A stretch of DNA of 64,000 nt from Salinispira sp. (GTDB taxonomy: Bacteria > Spirochaetota > Spirochaetia > DSM-27196 > Salinispiraceae), in the NCBI GenBank assembly GCA_965602015.1, contig OZ271918.1:1728001-1792000 (forward strand). Reading direction: 5' to 3'. The notes under the pieces were generated by a model that had not been told where the DNA came from, did not search any database, and saw only the letters and a list, made by a program, of their open reading frames with translations. The position numbers and the translations under genes were made by a program. Of this stretch, positions 62,865 through 64,000 are shown piece by piece; within the stretch, counting starts at the first letter, position 1; each line of letters begins with the position of its first letter.

Positions 62865-63056
62865 CGTATTGCCTCCTGAATGGGGTTCTGGTTAGAACAT
62901 ACGAAGGATTACCGTTGGTGTCATGGATTTTTACGGAAACTGGGAGAGACATCAGAATCGGGGCAGCTGGAATACATCAATCTCCGGTCCGGGTAATCCC
63001 TGGGACCGGAGAAATGAACAATCTATCTTGGTACAAATCAACGGATTTTACGCCGG

Positions 63057-64000
63057 CTATTCCCCGGCTTCCATGGAAATAACCAGGGCGCTCATGGGCT
63101 GCATTGTGTAGCGCGCGCCGAGGGCCGGGTCACTGCGATTGGTCAGCGTTTGGGCGCTGACGGTCTGCACGCTCCCCGAGCCTCTTTCGGTCAGCTGAAT
63201 CTGCTGTTGTGCTTCGAGACCCGCCAGTTCAAGTGCTGTCTCGGGTACTTTGAAAACGAAGTCCTGCACCTGGTCGTCGAAGTTAACAATAAACAGCAGG
63301 GCTTCCTGGTCGCTTATTCTGGCATAGGAGAACATGCGCCGCTGAGCATACCCGTCGGACTGATTGGCCTTGTTCGCGAAATGGAGCTCATAATAACTGC
63401 CGTTTCGCACTGCATGACTGGTGCCCGCAAGCTGCAGGATGTCCCGGTAGTCCGATCGAAGCTGAAGCTGAGCTTCACTCAGAGCTCCGCCGTCGAAAGC
63501 GCCCCCGTTGACCCAGGCCTGGAACTCCGGCACGCCCCAGTAGTCGAATATAGTGGTGCGATTGTCATCTCCGCCGAAACCCTCGGGGCCGTCGGCGGCC
63601 ACTCCGAGCTCCTGTCCGAAGTACACCATAACCGGCCCGCTTGATATCGTCGCGCTCATAAGCATGGCCGGCAGGGCTGCCCGGGGCTCCCCGGCGAACC
63701 CGCTGCTGGCAATCCGCATCTCATCGTGGTTCTCCAGGAAGTACAGCATATTCGGGCGAATCCCTTCAGCATCCCGCAGCGCCTGCTGCAGCCTTACCAG
63801 GCTTCCGCCGCCCTTGATAAGGGGCACCAGGGCGTCGTACAGCCCCACCTTGTCGTACAGCACATCGAAGTTGCCCCGGGAGATATACGGGCGGTATTGG
63901 CTCACATTGTAAATTTCGGCAATAAATGTTGAATCGGGAAAATCAGCTTTCACCTGGGGTATCGACCACTGCCAGAACTCGACGGGCACCATTTCGGCCA
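63057..64000 (-). CDS. GH13 alpha-amylase family, C-terminal part, runs off window
   Basis: AEMVP, AEIY, LENHDE, YFGQE, RTTIFDYW. Confidence 0.85.
   Translation of the reverse strand, partial: AEMVPVEFWQWSIPQVKADFPDSTFIAEIYNVSQYRPYISRGNFDVLYDKVGLYDALVPLIKGGGSLVRLQQALRDAEGIRPNMLYFLENHDEMRIASSGFAGEPRAALPAMLMSATISSGPVMVYFGQELGVAADGPEGFGGDDNRTTIFDYWGVPEFQAWVNGGAFDGGALSEAQLQLRSDYRDILQLAGTSHAVRNGSYYELHFANKANQSDGYAQRRMFSYARISDQEALLFIVNFDDQVQDFVFKVPETALELAGLEAQQQIQLTERGSGSVQTVSAQTLTNRSDPALGARYTMQPMSALVISMEAGE

Overview
Bacterial chromosomal window, probably from a free-living spirochaete (inferred from gene content and the style of the MCPs and lipoproteins; not proven). Bases 1-15973 are an AT-rich chromosomal integron: intI (14714-15973, +), a divergent attI/Pc region, and at least 12 minus-strand cassettes separated by 11 attC sites. 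The cassettes include three toxin-antitoxin pairs, a CPBP protease, GNAT, NUDIX, a methyltransferase+HD pair, an HExxH lipoprotein+membrane protein pair, a partial C5 DNA methyltransferase and three gene-less cassettes. An IS1182-family element sits exactly on the GTT/AAC core of one attC and is itself split by a 2.9-kb three-gene TG...CA element (Zn-ribbon, DDE transposase, ExeA-type ATPase). Bases 16-64 kb are more GC-rich core-like genome: two MCPs, an RND-TolC fusion, a kinase/pseudokinase pair, c-di-GMP proteins, perR-dps, katG, pckA, a YtrA-type ABC operon and a TrmB/alpha-amylase cluster. The best leads are the IS insertion at the attC core, a gene-less cassette whose attC loop carries a promoter-like sequence, a duplicated gene-less cassette in first position, the kinase-pseudokinase operon and the RND-TolC polyprotein. 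All calls are by eye; no database searches were run.
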